From Candidatus Omnitrophota bacterium (GTDB lineage Bacteria > Omnitrophota > Gorgyraeia > Duberdicusellales > 4484-171): a stretch of DNA of 64,000 bases. Positions within the stretch are counted from its first letter, which is position 1. Each line of letters opens with the position of its first letter. The position numbers were made by a program, and so were the translations under genes. This document shows, piece after piece, positions 1-7,215 of the stretch. The stretch lies in the NCBI GenBank assembly GCA_016935525.1, contig JAFGQU010000016.1, positions 32,342 through 96,341 on the forward strand. The letters are read 5' to 3'. The notes beneath the pieces were generated by a model. It searched no databases. It worked only from the letters and a program-made list of their open reading frames with translations, and was not told the DNA's origin.

Positions 1-90
1 CGGGCTTTTCAATACAAACCCTTCCGACGACATCCCGTAGGCGGTAAGTGTAGTTACGAGTAAAACGAGAGTTACGAATATTTGTTTCAT
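1..90 (-). CDS. Partial CDS, N-terminus only; signal-peptide-like start MKQIFVTLVLLVTTLTAYG, gene continues beyond the window edge
   Basis: ATG on the minus strand at 88-90, followed by a hydrophobic signal-like N-terminus; the frame stays open to the window edge. Confidence 0.3.
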   Translation of the reverse strand, partial: MKQIFVTLVLLVTTLTAYGMSSEGFVLKSP

Positions 91-106
91 AGGGGCTCCT
101 TTTTTT

Positions 107-137
107 CGTAACGCGTAACGCGATACGCGTAACGCGT
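107..137 (+). repeat. CGTAACGCG tandem repeats (cgtaacgcgtaacgcgatacgcgtaacgcgtgg)
   Basis: 4 tandem 8-9 nt units between two minus-strand genes. Confidence 0.55.
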
Positions 138-237
138 GGAGAAAAGATATTATAGCATGATAAGGGGAGAGGGTACAGGGTGCCGGGGAAAATTACAATA
201 TACAATAAACAAATTACAAAGGGGGAAGGGATGTTAA

Positions 238-267
238 CCCGTTTGCCCGTTATCCCGTTCGCCCGTG
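238..267 (+). repeat. CCCGTT heptad direct repeats (cccgtttgcccgttatcccgttcgcccgtg)
   Basis: 4 tandem units; same family as 7150-7179. Confidence 0.6.
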
Positions 268-288
268 AGGAAGAAAGGTGAAGGGGAA

Positions 289-525
289 TTAGCTCAATTC
301 AGATATTAGTTTTTTGCCTCTTGGAGAATCTACAGGAACCATGTTGGACGCGCCACATTTGGGGCATGCTTCATAACGAGAAGTTAATCGCCAGAGAGAA
401 TATATAATGCCTGGCACAATAAACATAATCCATAAAGCTAATTCAATAATAAAACTCCCTTTTGTTACAACTTTTGCATGTCCTGAATTACCACAATTTG
501 GACATATCAAATCTTTCGCCATCAT
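289..525 (-). CDS. Small membrane protein with split zinc ribbon (CPNCG ... CPKCG) flanking one TM helix
   Basis: 78 aa ORF; two CxxC pairs; central hydrophobic segment ALWIMFIVPGIIYSLW. Confidence 0.45.
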   Translation of the reverse strand: MMAKDLICPNCGNSGHAKVVTKGSFIIELALWIMFIVPGIIYSLWRLTSRYEACPKCGASNMVPVDSPRGKKLISELS

Positions 526-600
526 TCATCTCCTACATCCATTTTTTCTCTTGTATTTCCTTCTATCATCCGACTTCACCTGTATAAAAACGTAACTTTT

Positions 601-969
601 TTATTCAATAGAAATCTCTAAAGGTTGTACGGGATTTGTTTCTATATATGAGTAATCTTTGACTACGCCGTTATCATCAAAATTAATTGTAAGGCCGTAT
701 GATGATGCCTGATAACTTGAGGTGAAAAGCCCAGATCTATGTTTTGACTTAGCTAACGAATAAGTCCACATTGTTCCTAATATGCCGGTTCGCATTTTTG
801 ACATGGGCTCACCGAACATAGTTAGTATTTCTGCTTGGGTTGTTGCTCCTTTAACGATTTTACTCACATTCTCCGGGATAATGTTTTTATTACCGTAAGT
901 TGTCTTCATCGTACTAGCACACCCACTAATTAAAATTAAGCCGATTATGATTAGATAAAATTGTTTCAT
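601..969 (-). CDS. Lipoprotein, BamE/SmpA-OmlA-like
   Basis: Lipobox LISGC after an N-terminal hydrophobic segment; 122 aa; GATTQAEILTMFGEP resembles the BamE fold motif. Confidence 0.45.
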   Translation of the reverse strand: MKQFYLIIIGLILISGCASTMKTTYGNKNIIPENVSKIVKGATTQAEILTMFGEPMSKMRTGILGTMWTYSLAKSKHRSGLFTSSYQASSYGLTINFDDNGVVKDYSYIETNPVQPLEISIE

Positions 970-1018
970 AAAATCTCCTTTATCACATTAATACCCGCTG
1001 GATTGAGTTGCCTATGAT

Positions 1019-1492
1019 TTATTTAAGTATCCATTTCCCATAAATATTGGGATTTGAAGTTTCACTGCCTCTCGCTTTTGTCTCACGAAAACTCTTTTCT
1101 GCAAAATGGTCTTTCAAGGATATTGTAATTTCAATATCCGCCACAGGGGCTTCTCGTTTTGCCTTTATTGTATTATCGGAGTAATCTATTATCTGATAAA
1201 CAGATCGTTGGTGATAAAGTAGATTCTCTTTTAAGATCGGTTGTTCTTTTGGTGTCCAGATAAAAGATTCAATCTCTTCACATGTCATGTCGTTAGTATC
1301 GCAGGATATAGATGCGAAATTAATTTTAGGAATAATGCCCAGACTGGTAGCCAATATTATTCCCCATCGTCCTTCTGCGAATACCAAATTTCCTTTTTGA
1401 ACTATATTTTTTTCAGGAGTTTCTATTCTATTTATGTCCGAACACCCTGCAAGGAGGATTATGGAAGATATAAGAAATATTATTTTATTCAT
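1019..1492 (-). CDS. Hypothetical lipoprotein
   Basis: Signal peptide plus lipobox LLAGC; 157 aa. Confidence 0.45.
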   Translation of the reverse strand: MNKIIFLISSIILLAGCSDINRIETPEKNIVQKGNLVFAEGRWGIILATSLGIIPKINFASISCDTNDMTCEEIESFIWTPKEQPILKENLLYHQRSVYQIIDYSDNTIKAKREAPVADIEITISLKDHFAEKSFRETKARGSETSNPNIYGKWILK

Positions 1493-1544
1493 TCTAATCG
1501 CTATACGCTATCCCTAGTCCGTTGGATTGAGTTTTTATGGGTTG

Positions 1545-1946
1545 TTAATATCCATAAGGATCATTATCTTCAGTATATCTTGGTGGATTCCAGTGGGGAT
1601 TATCTACAAAATGCACAAATTTGCAATCAGGTGTAGGACATTTATACTCCGTACTGGATACAAGTGTTCTAATTACTAAATGCGTTTTTCTTTTTTTTGA
1701 TCCCCCACAACCAGGACAATAAGGATATTCTTCTCCTTCAATATAATAGAATTTCCCATCAAATTTCATTTTTTGAGAATCATCGAGTTGCTTTTCTAAT
1801 TCTCTTATTTTTTTATCTTTTTCAGTGTTTGAATTCGATAATTCTAATGCTTGAGTTTGTATGTTAAGTATCTTCTGGTAGAGTTCAATATTATCCAGTT
1901 TTTGAACCACTCCAACTACATCTTTGAAATTTTCATATAATCCCAT
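1545..1946 (-). CDS. Hypothetical coiled-coil protein with C-terminal zinc ribbon (CPGCGG ... CPTPDC)
   Basis: 133 aa; Lys/Glu-rich coiled-coil N-half; C4 cysteine cluster; SD-like aagagga sits 6 nt upstream of the ATG. Confidence 0.45.
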   Translation of the reverse strand: MGLYENFKDVVGVVQKLDNIELYQKILNIQTQALELSNSNTEKDKKIRELEKQLDDSQKMKFDGKFYYIEGEEYPYCPGCGGSKKRKTHLVIRTLVSSTEYKCPTPDCKFVHFVDNPHWNPPRYTEDNDPYGY

Positions 1947-1986
1947 AAATCCTCTTTTTCTCTGTATCCCAACGCGTTAGGTGAAC

Positions 1987-2065
1987 TTGTTAGTTTTCAT
2001 CTATGGTCTATGGACTATCGACAGGCTTTCCTAGGCAGGTAATTCCAATTATACCGCTATTTTTA
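1987..2065. repeat. Copy 1 of an ~85-nt conserved intergenic element (ttgttRRttttcatctatggtcta...ccaattataccgctattt)
   Basis: Near-identical to 3099-3180; on the minus strand it carries TTGACT-N22-TATAAT and lies ~40 nt upstream of the 1946 start. Confidence 0.7.
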
Positions 2066-2216
2066 CTATTATCCCAGTCAAAAAACCCCCCTTATTCTAT
2101 TGGCGATTTTTACCATATCACACCTACGAGGTGTGATATTGAGGTTTAACGCCCTCGCAGGTAACCTTCTTGGCAATTCGTAGGTTGCCAAAGAGTTGTA
2201 AAATACCCCTGTTTTT

Positions 2217-2249
2217 ACGTGTGACTATGTGTCTATGTGACCTTGTGAC
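2217..2249 (+). promoter_or_regulatory. TGTGAC octamer tandem array (acgtgtgactatgtgtctatgtgaccttgtgac)
   Basis: Member of a 6-copy motif family in this window, all following ttttacg; this copy lies at the 3' side of the NYN gene. Confidence 0.5.
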
Positions 2250-2290
2250 TTTCGTCTTCGGCGGGGGATTGAGTTGTTAGGTTGAAATTA

Positions 2291-2926
2291 TTACCAGGAA
2301 CTGGGTTTACGAATTTCTTTGCCGTCGGATAGAATTACCGGATCAGGTAATTTATGGCGCAGGTATTGTTTTTTACTTATAGAAAAAGAGCCGGGAGCTA
2401 ATGAGAGTAATTCTTTATTTTTTCGAGCGAACGGAAAAGCGAATAGTATTTTTTTCTTTGGAAATAATTCAGTACACCTTCTCACGGCCGGGGAGAGATC
2501 GGTGTCGCCGGATATAATAACCACGCTATCGCAGGAATCAGTGAAAAGGATTTCTAGTAATTTTACGCCGATCGCGACATCGGTCTCTTTTTCTTCGTGT
2601 TTCAAGATCATACTTTTACATTGATCACAAAACACTTCTTTTTCTTTAAACCGTCCAAGCTCAACCTTGATACCTAACGATTCAAGACAGGTAATGTAAT
2701 TCTTATGTTTTGTGATTTTGCCGGGATCTTTCGCGCTTAAGTAGTGCGCTAACGCTGAAAAATAGTAGATGTCTTGAAGCCGAGCGTCTTTGCCGAATAA
2801 ATTCAGGTATGAGCTGCAGAGTGATGATAGATTAAGCCATTTTGCGCGATAGCCGGTACTCTTTTTCAGGCTTAAAATGGAATGGTAGACATTAAACCCG
2901 TCGATTAAAAATGTTACTCTATTCAT
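2291..2926 (-). CDS. NYN-domain (LabA-like, PIN-like) putative ribonuclease
   Basis: MNRVTFLIDGFNVYHS ... VVIISGDTDLSPAV matches the NYN/LabA signature; I moved the start to the internal ATG at 2926 (the ORF track extends to 2983 through a hairpin). Confidence 0.6.
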   Translation of the reverse strand: MNRVTFLIDGFNVYHSILSLKKSTGYRAKWLNLSSLCSSYLNLFGKDARLQDIYYFSALAHYLSAKDPGKITKHKNYITCLESLGIKVELGRFKEKEVFCDQCKSMILKHEEKETDVAIGVKLLEILFTDSCDSVVIISGDTDLSPAVRRCTELFPKKKILFAFPFARKNKELLSLAPGSFSISKKQYLRHKLPDPVILSDGKEIRKPSSW

Positions 2927-3098
2927 ATAAATAAAAAAACCTCTGGATCGTAACCCAGAGGTGGCTAGTGAGATAAATCCCACTAGGGATGATTACATTT
3001 AAAATATATAACATTTTACCAATATTGTCAATAATCATGATTTTTCCCTAATATACCAATAACTATCGATTTTTTCACGTGTTTCACGTTTCATGAAT

Positions 3099-3180
3099 TT
3101 GTTGATTTTCATCTATGGTCTATTGACTATGGACTATCGACAGGCTTTCCTGGGCAAGTATCCAATTATACCGCTATTTC
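3099..3180. repeat. Copy 2 of the ~85-nt conserved intergenic element
   Basis: About 90% identical to 1987-2065 with a 9-nt insertion; on the minus strand it sits upstream of the NYN gene. Confidence 0.7.
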
Positions 3181-3226
3181 TCTGTCTGGAAAAGTCAAAA
3201 AATCCCCCATTTCCCCCTCTATTTTT

Positions 3227-3260
3227 ACGTGTGACCTTGTGACTATGTGACCTTGTGACC
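3227..3260 (+). promoter_or_regulatory. TGTGAC octamer tandem array (acgtgtgaccttgtgactatgtgaccttgtgacc)
   Basis: Four tandem TGTGACYW units; lies in the divergent intergenic region between NYN (-) and nadX (+). Confidence 0.55.
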
Positions 3261-3340
3261 TGTATTTATAAACTTCTTGCCCAATATCCCTCTTGTAATA
3301 TAATAAGGTTTACAATATATAGTATTATTAACGTATTTCC

Positions 3341-3374
3341 ACGTGTGACGTGTGACCTTGTGACTATGTGACCT
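3341..3374 (+). promoter_or_regulatory. TGTGAC octamer tandem array immediately upstream of the nadX start (ATG 3384)
   Basis: acgtgtgacgtgtgaccttgtgactatgtgacc ends 10 nt before the ATG; no SD is present. Confidence 0.55.
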
Positions 3375-3383
3375 CGAATAATT

Positions 3384-4187
3384 ATGACTAATAAACTAAA
3401 GATTGGGATAATCGGCTGCGGGGCGATCGGCATGAAAACTGCCGAATATATCGTCACGGAACTTCGTGAGAAAACCGAACTGGTCGGCCTGTACGATAAA
3501 GATCCGGATAAACTTTCCGCGTTAAAAAGGATCGCGTCCGGTAAGATCGTGACCGATCTTGACGGTATTTTGAAAGAAGCCGATCTTATTGTGGAAGCGG
3601 CAAGTAAAGAAGCCGTACGTGACCTTATCCCGCGTATCGTTCAATATAATAAAGATCTTATTGTAATAAGTGTCGGCGCGTTTGTCGTGTATCCCGAAAT
3701 CTTAGAGATGACGAAACAATGTAAAGGGAACATCTATGTCCCGTCGGGGGCGATCATCGGGATCGACGGACTGAACAGCCTGCGGTTCGGGAACGTACGG
3801 TCGTTGACCCTTACGACCGCAAAACCTCCGCGATCGCTTAAAGGTGTGAAAACTGCCGACGGAGAAGCGGTCGAATCGGTAAAAGAAGAGAAAGTGTTGT
3901 TTGAAGGGGATATCATGCAGGCAATAAAACTGTTCCCGCGTAACATCAATGTCGCGGCAACGATATTCCTCGCGTCACGGTATGAAAACGTGAAAGTGAT
4001 CGTAAAAGTGAATCCGGCGCTTGAGAGGAACACGCATCGTATCGAGATCGACGCGGAGGAGGCGAAAATGCGGGTTGAAGTCGAGAATATTCCGTCAAAA
4101 GATAATCCGCGGACAAGTTATCTTACGATCCTTTCGATAAAAAGTATTTTACAGCGGATTACGTCGAACCTTAAGATTGGGAGTTAA
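3384..4187 (+). CDS. nadX: L-aspartate dehydrogenase family protein (NadX-like)
   Basis: [10 protein letters not shown] Rossmann motif at the N-terminus; [11 protein letters not shown] ... [12 protein letters not shown] ... [14 protein letters not shown] resembles TM1643-type AspDH. Confidence 0.7.
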   Translation: MTNKLKIGIIGCGAIGMKTAEYIVTELREKTELVGLYDKDPDKLSALKRIASGKIVTDLDGILKEADLIVEAASKEAVRDLIPRIVQYNKDLIVISVGAFVVYPEILEMTKQCKGNIYVPSGAIIGIDGLNSLRFGNVRSLTLTTAKPPRSLKGVKTADGEAVESVKEEKVLFEGDIMQAIKLFPRNINVAATIFLASRYENVKVIVKVNPALERNTHRIEIDAEEAKMRVEVENIPSKDNPRTSYLTILSIKSILQRITSNLKIGS

Positions 4188-4192
4188 TAAAA

Positions 4193-4242
4193 GTCACACG
4201 ACACACGCCCGCCTGTCGGCGAGCTAGTCACATAGACACACG
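4193..4242 (-). promoter_or_regulatory. Inverted-orientation copy of the TGTGAC array (gtcacacgacacacg ... gtcacatagacacacg)
   Basis: Reverse complement of the cgtgtgtcgtgtgac / cgtgtgtctatgtgac units; located just 3' of the nadX stop. Confidence 0.45.
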
Positions 4243-4243
4243 T

Positions 4244-4262
4244 AAACCTGCTTCGCAGGTTG
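4244..4262 (+). terminator. Candidate stem-loop (aacctgc-ttc-gcaggtt) after nadX
   Basis: Perfect 7-bp stem with a 3-nt loop; the downstream sequence is only weakly T-rich, so intrinsic-terminator status is uncertain. Confidence 0.3.
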
Positions 4263-4300
4263 ATTACACAACACATTTTAATTGTATTTTCTTTCTCTTC

Positions 4301-4334
4301 ACGTGTGACCTTGTGACTATGTGACCTTGTGACC
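4301..4334 (+). promoter_or_regulatory. TGTGAC octamer tandem array immediately upstream of uvrA
   Basis: acgtgtgaccttgtgactatgtgaccttgtgacc ends 9 nt before the ATG at 4344; no SD; the ORF-track GTG start at 4329 lies inside the motif. Confidence 0.55.
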
Positions 4335-4343
4335 TGTATAACT

Positions 4344-7130
4344 ATGATCGATACCATAAAAATCCAAGGCGCGAAAGAACATAATCTCCAGAACATCAGT
4401 GTAGAGATACCGAAGAACAAACTGGTCGTCGTGACCGGTGTATCGGGTTCAGGGAAATCGTCGCTCGCGTTTGATACCATTTATGCCGAAGGGCAACGCC
4501 GGTATGTCGAAAGTCTGTCCAGTTATGCCCGCCAGTTTCTTGAACAGTTACAGAAACCGCACGTCGATCATATCGAAGGGTTATCGCCGGCAATCGCGAT
4601 AGAACAACGTACTGCCGGCGGCTCGCCACGGTCGATCGTCGCGACCCAGACCGAAATATACGATTACCTGCGTTTATTGTTTGCCCGGATCGGGATACCT
4701 CATTGTTATAGTTGCGGAAAACCCGTCGTCCGGCAGACCTCAAGTGAGATCATCGAACGAGTGTTATCGTTAGGGAAAGACCATCGTATCCATATTTTAG
4801 CGCCGCTGGTACGCGGGAAAAAAGGTACGTACGAATCGTTGTTTGAGCGGCTTGTCAAGGAAGGGTTTCGCCGGGTACGCGTCGATGGGAAGACGTATGA
4901 TCTGGATGAAAAGATAAAACTCGACCGGTACCGGGCCCATACGATCGAGATCGTGATCGACCGGATAATGGTCGCGCCGAAATATAAACAACGTATTGCC
5001 GATTCGGTCGAGATCGCCCTGAAATATACGCAAGGATTGATCGGGATATACGATGAAACCGGGAATAAAGAACATCTGTTTAATACCCAGTTCAGTTGTC
5101 CGGATTGTGATGTAAGTTTCGCGGAACTCGAACCGCGGATGTTTTCGTTTAATTCCCCGTTCGGTGCCTGTCCGGAATGTAACGGGTTAGGGATGCATCT
5201 GGAGTTTGATCCTGAATTAGTCGTGTCCGACACGTCCCGCGCGTTAAGTGAAGGGGCGATCGAACCGTGGCGGCGCGGGTCAAAAGGGTATATGATGTAT
5301 TATCGCAGCCTTCTGCGGGAAGTTGCCGATGCGATCGGAGTCGATTGGGCACGTACGCCGTTTAAAAAAATACCGAAAAAACTGCAAAAAGTCGTCCTGT
5401 ACGGCGATAAGAACCTGTATATCTGGGATAAACCGTATGAAGGAGTGATCCCGCGTCTGGAACGGGTGTTCCGGGAGACCGATTCGGATTATGTGAAACA
5501 CGAACTTACCCAATATATGTCGAAACTCCCGTGCCCGAAGTGTCAGGGGATGCGGTTGAAACCGGAGAGTCTGGCGGTATTTATTGCCGGTAAATCTATC
5601 TGGGATGTCGTGAAGATGAGTATTGCCGAATGTGACGAGTTTTTTACGAACCTGAATTTATCGTCTTACCAACAGAAAATCGCGTATAATGCCCTTAAAG
5701 AGATAAAGAAACGCCTGCAGTTCTGTCTGCGGGTCGGGGTCGATTATCTTACTCTCGATCGGTTGTCTTCGAGCCTGTCCGGAGGAGAATCGCAACGGAT
5801 AAAACTTGCCACGCAAATCGGATCGGCCTTAAGCGGGGTGATCTATATTCTCGATGAACCGACCATAGGGTTACATCCCCGGGATAATACGAAACTGATT
5901 GAAACGCTTAAAAACTTGAGAGATGTCGGGAATACCGTGATCGTCGTCGAACATGACGAAGAGATGATCGAAAGTTCCGATTGGCTGGTAGATCTGGGGC
6001 CCGGCGCGGGTATCCATGGCGGAAAAATCGTGTTTAACGGTCCCAAAGAGAAGATACCGCAGTCTTCACTTACCGGGCAATACCTGCTCGGTAAAAAACA
6101 GATCGCGGTACCCGCCGCACGGCGTCCGGTGCAGAAAGGGATGTCCCTTACCGTACGCGGCGCGTCCGAACATAACCTTAAACATATCGATATCGAAATA
6201 CCGTTAGGCGTGTTTGTGTGTGTGACCGGGGTATCGGGATCAGGTAAATCGACGTTAGTCGAAGATATCCTTTACAAGACTCTTGCCCGTGAGCTTTACG
6301 ATTCGAAAGAGAAACCGGGTGAGTACCGGTCGATCGAAGGGTTAAAGAATATCGATAAAGTGATCATTGTCGATCAGACTCCTATCGGCCGGACACCGCG
6401 GTCGAACCCGGCGACCTATACCGGCGCGTTTACGTATATTCGTGAAGTGTTCAGCCAGTTACCGGAATCTAAAGTACGGGGATATAAACCGGCCCGGTTC
6501 AGTTTTAACGTTTCGGGGGGCAGGTGCGAAGCGTGCCGGGGTGACGGGATAAAAAAGATCGAGATGCATTTTTTACCGGACGTGTACGTACCGTGCGAAG
6601 TGTGCGCGGGGCACCGGTTCAATAATGAGACGCTGGAAATACGGTTTAAAGGGAAAAATATTTCCGATGTACTGGATATGAGTATGGAAGAAGCGTACCG
6701 GTTGTTCGAGAATTTTCCCCGGATACGGAATATCGTCGAAACGCTCAAAGATGTCGGGTTAGGATATATCAAAGTAGGCCAGTCGGCGACTACTCTTTCG
6801 GGCGGTGAAGCGCAACGGATAAAGTTAGCCGCGCAGTTAAGGAAAAAAGGGACCGGTAAGACTATCTATATTCTCGATGAACCGACGACCGGGCTGCATT
6901 TCGATGATACCCGTAAACTCCTTGCGGTACTGCAACGGCTGGTCGATAAAAAAAATACGGTTTTGGTTATCGAGCATAATATGGATGTGGTAAAATGTTG
7001 TGATTATGTGATCGATCTTGGCCCGGGCGGAGGAAATAACGGGGGCGAGGTGGTCGCCGCGGGCAGCCCTGAAGATATCCTGAAAGCCAAGAGGTCGTAT
7101 ACGGGTAAGTTCTTGAAAGAAAAACTGTGA
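4344..7130 (+). CDS. uvrA: Excinuclease ABC subunit A
   Basis: Two ABC ATPase modules ([23 protein letters not shown] and [13 protein letters not shown], each followed by LSGGE signatures) plus zinc-finger cysteine clusters; start set at [15 protein letters not shown]. Confidence 0.93.
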   Translation: MIDTIKIQGAKEHNLQNISVEIPKNKLVVVTGVSGSGKSSLAFDTIYAEGQRRYVESLSSYARQFLEQLQKPHVDHIEGLSPAIAIEQRTAGGSPRSIVATQTEIYDYLRLLFARIGIPHCYSCGKPVVRQTSSEIIERVLSLGKDHRIHILAPLVRGKKGTYESLFERLVKEGFRRVRVDGKTYDLDEKIKLDRYRAHTIEIVIDRIMVAPKYKQRIADSVEIALKYTQGLIGIYDETGNKEHLFNTQFSCPDCDVSFAELEPRMFSFNSPFGACPECNGLGMHLEFDPELVVSDTSRALSEGAIEPWRRGSKGYMMYYRSLLREVADAIGVDWARTPFKKIPKKLQKVVLYGDKNLYIWDKPYEGVIPRLERVFRETDSDYVKHELTQYMSKLPCPKCQGMRLKPESLAVFIAGKSIWDVVKMSIAECDEFFTNLNLSSYQQKIAYNALKEIKKRLQFCLRVGVDYLTLDRLSSSLSGGESQRIKLATQIGSALSGVIYILDEPTIGLHPRDNTKLIETLKNLRDVGNTVIVVEHDEEMIESSDWLVDLGPGAGIHGGKIVFNGPKEKIPQSSLTGQYLLGKKQIAVPAARRPVQKGMSLTVRGASEHNLKHIDIEIPLGVFVCVTGVSGSGKSTLVEDILYKTLARELYDSKEKPGEYRSIEGLKNIDKVIIVDQTPIGRTPRSNPATYTGAFTYIREVFSQLPESKVRGYKPARFSFNVSGGRCEACRGDGIKKIEMHFLPDVYVPCEVCAGHRFNNETLEIRFKGKNISDVLDMSMEEAYRLFENFPRIRNIVETLKDVGLGYIKVGQSATTLSGGEAQRIKLAAQLRKKGTGKTIYILDEPTTGLHFDDTRKLLAVLQRLVDKKNTVLVIEHNMDVVKCCDYVIDLGPGGGNNGGEVVAAGSPEDILKAKRSYTGKFLKEKL

Positions 7131-7149
7131 TAGAGAAGATACAAGTTCA

Positions 7150-7179
7150 CCCGTTTGCCCGTTACCCCGTTCACCCGTT
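7150..7179 (+). repeat. CCCGTT heptad direct repeats (cccgtttgcccgttaccccgttcacccgtt), followed by cgtaacgcgg
   Basis: 4 tandem CCCGTTNN units in the uvrA-TPR intergenic region; same family as 238-267, 37924-38012 and 39364-39442. Confidence 0.6.
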
Positions 7180-7215
7180 GGGGAGAAATCGTAACGCGGA
7201 AGAAAATAGAGAGAC

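Noticed and set aside
3266-3457. 63-aa minus-strand ORF across the nadX promoter region
   Set aside because: It spans two TGTGAC arrays and overlaps the nadX start. Its hydrophobic low-complexity translation is consistent with a repeat-derived artefact.
2217-4334. Possibility that the TGTGAC arrays / CCCGTT arrays are a CRISPR array
   Set aside because: The repeat unit is only 7-8 bp, with no unique spacers of 25-40 bp between units, and there are no cas genes. These are tandem micro-repeats, not CRISPR.
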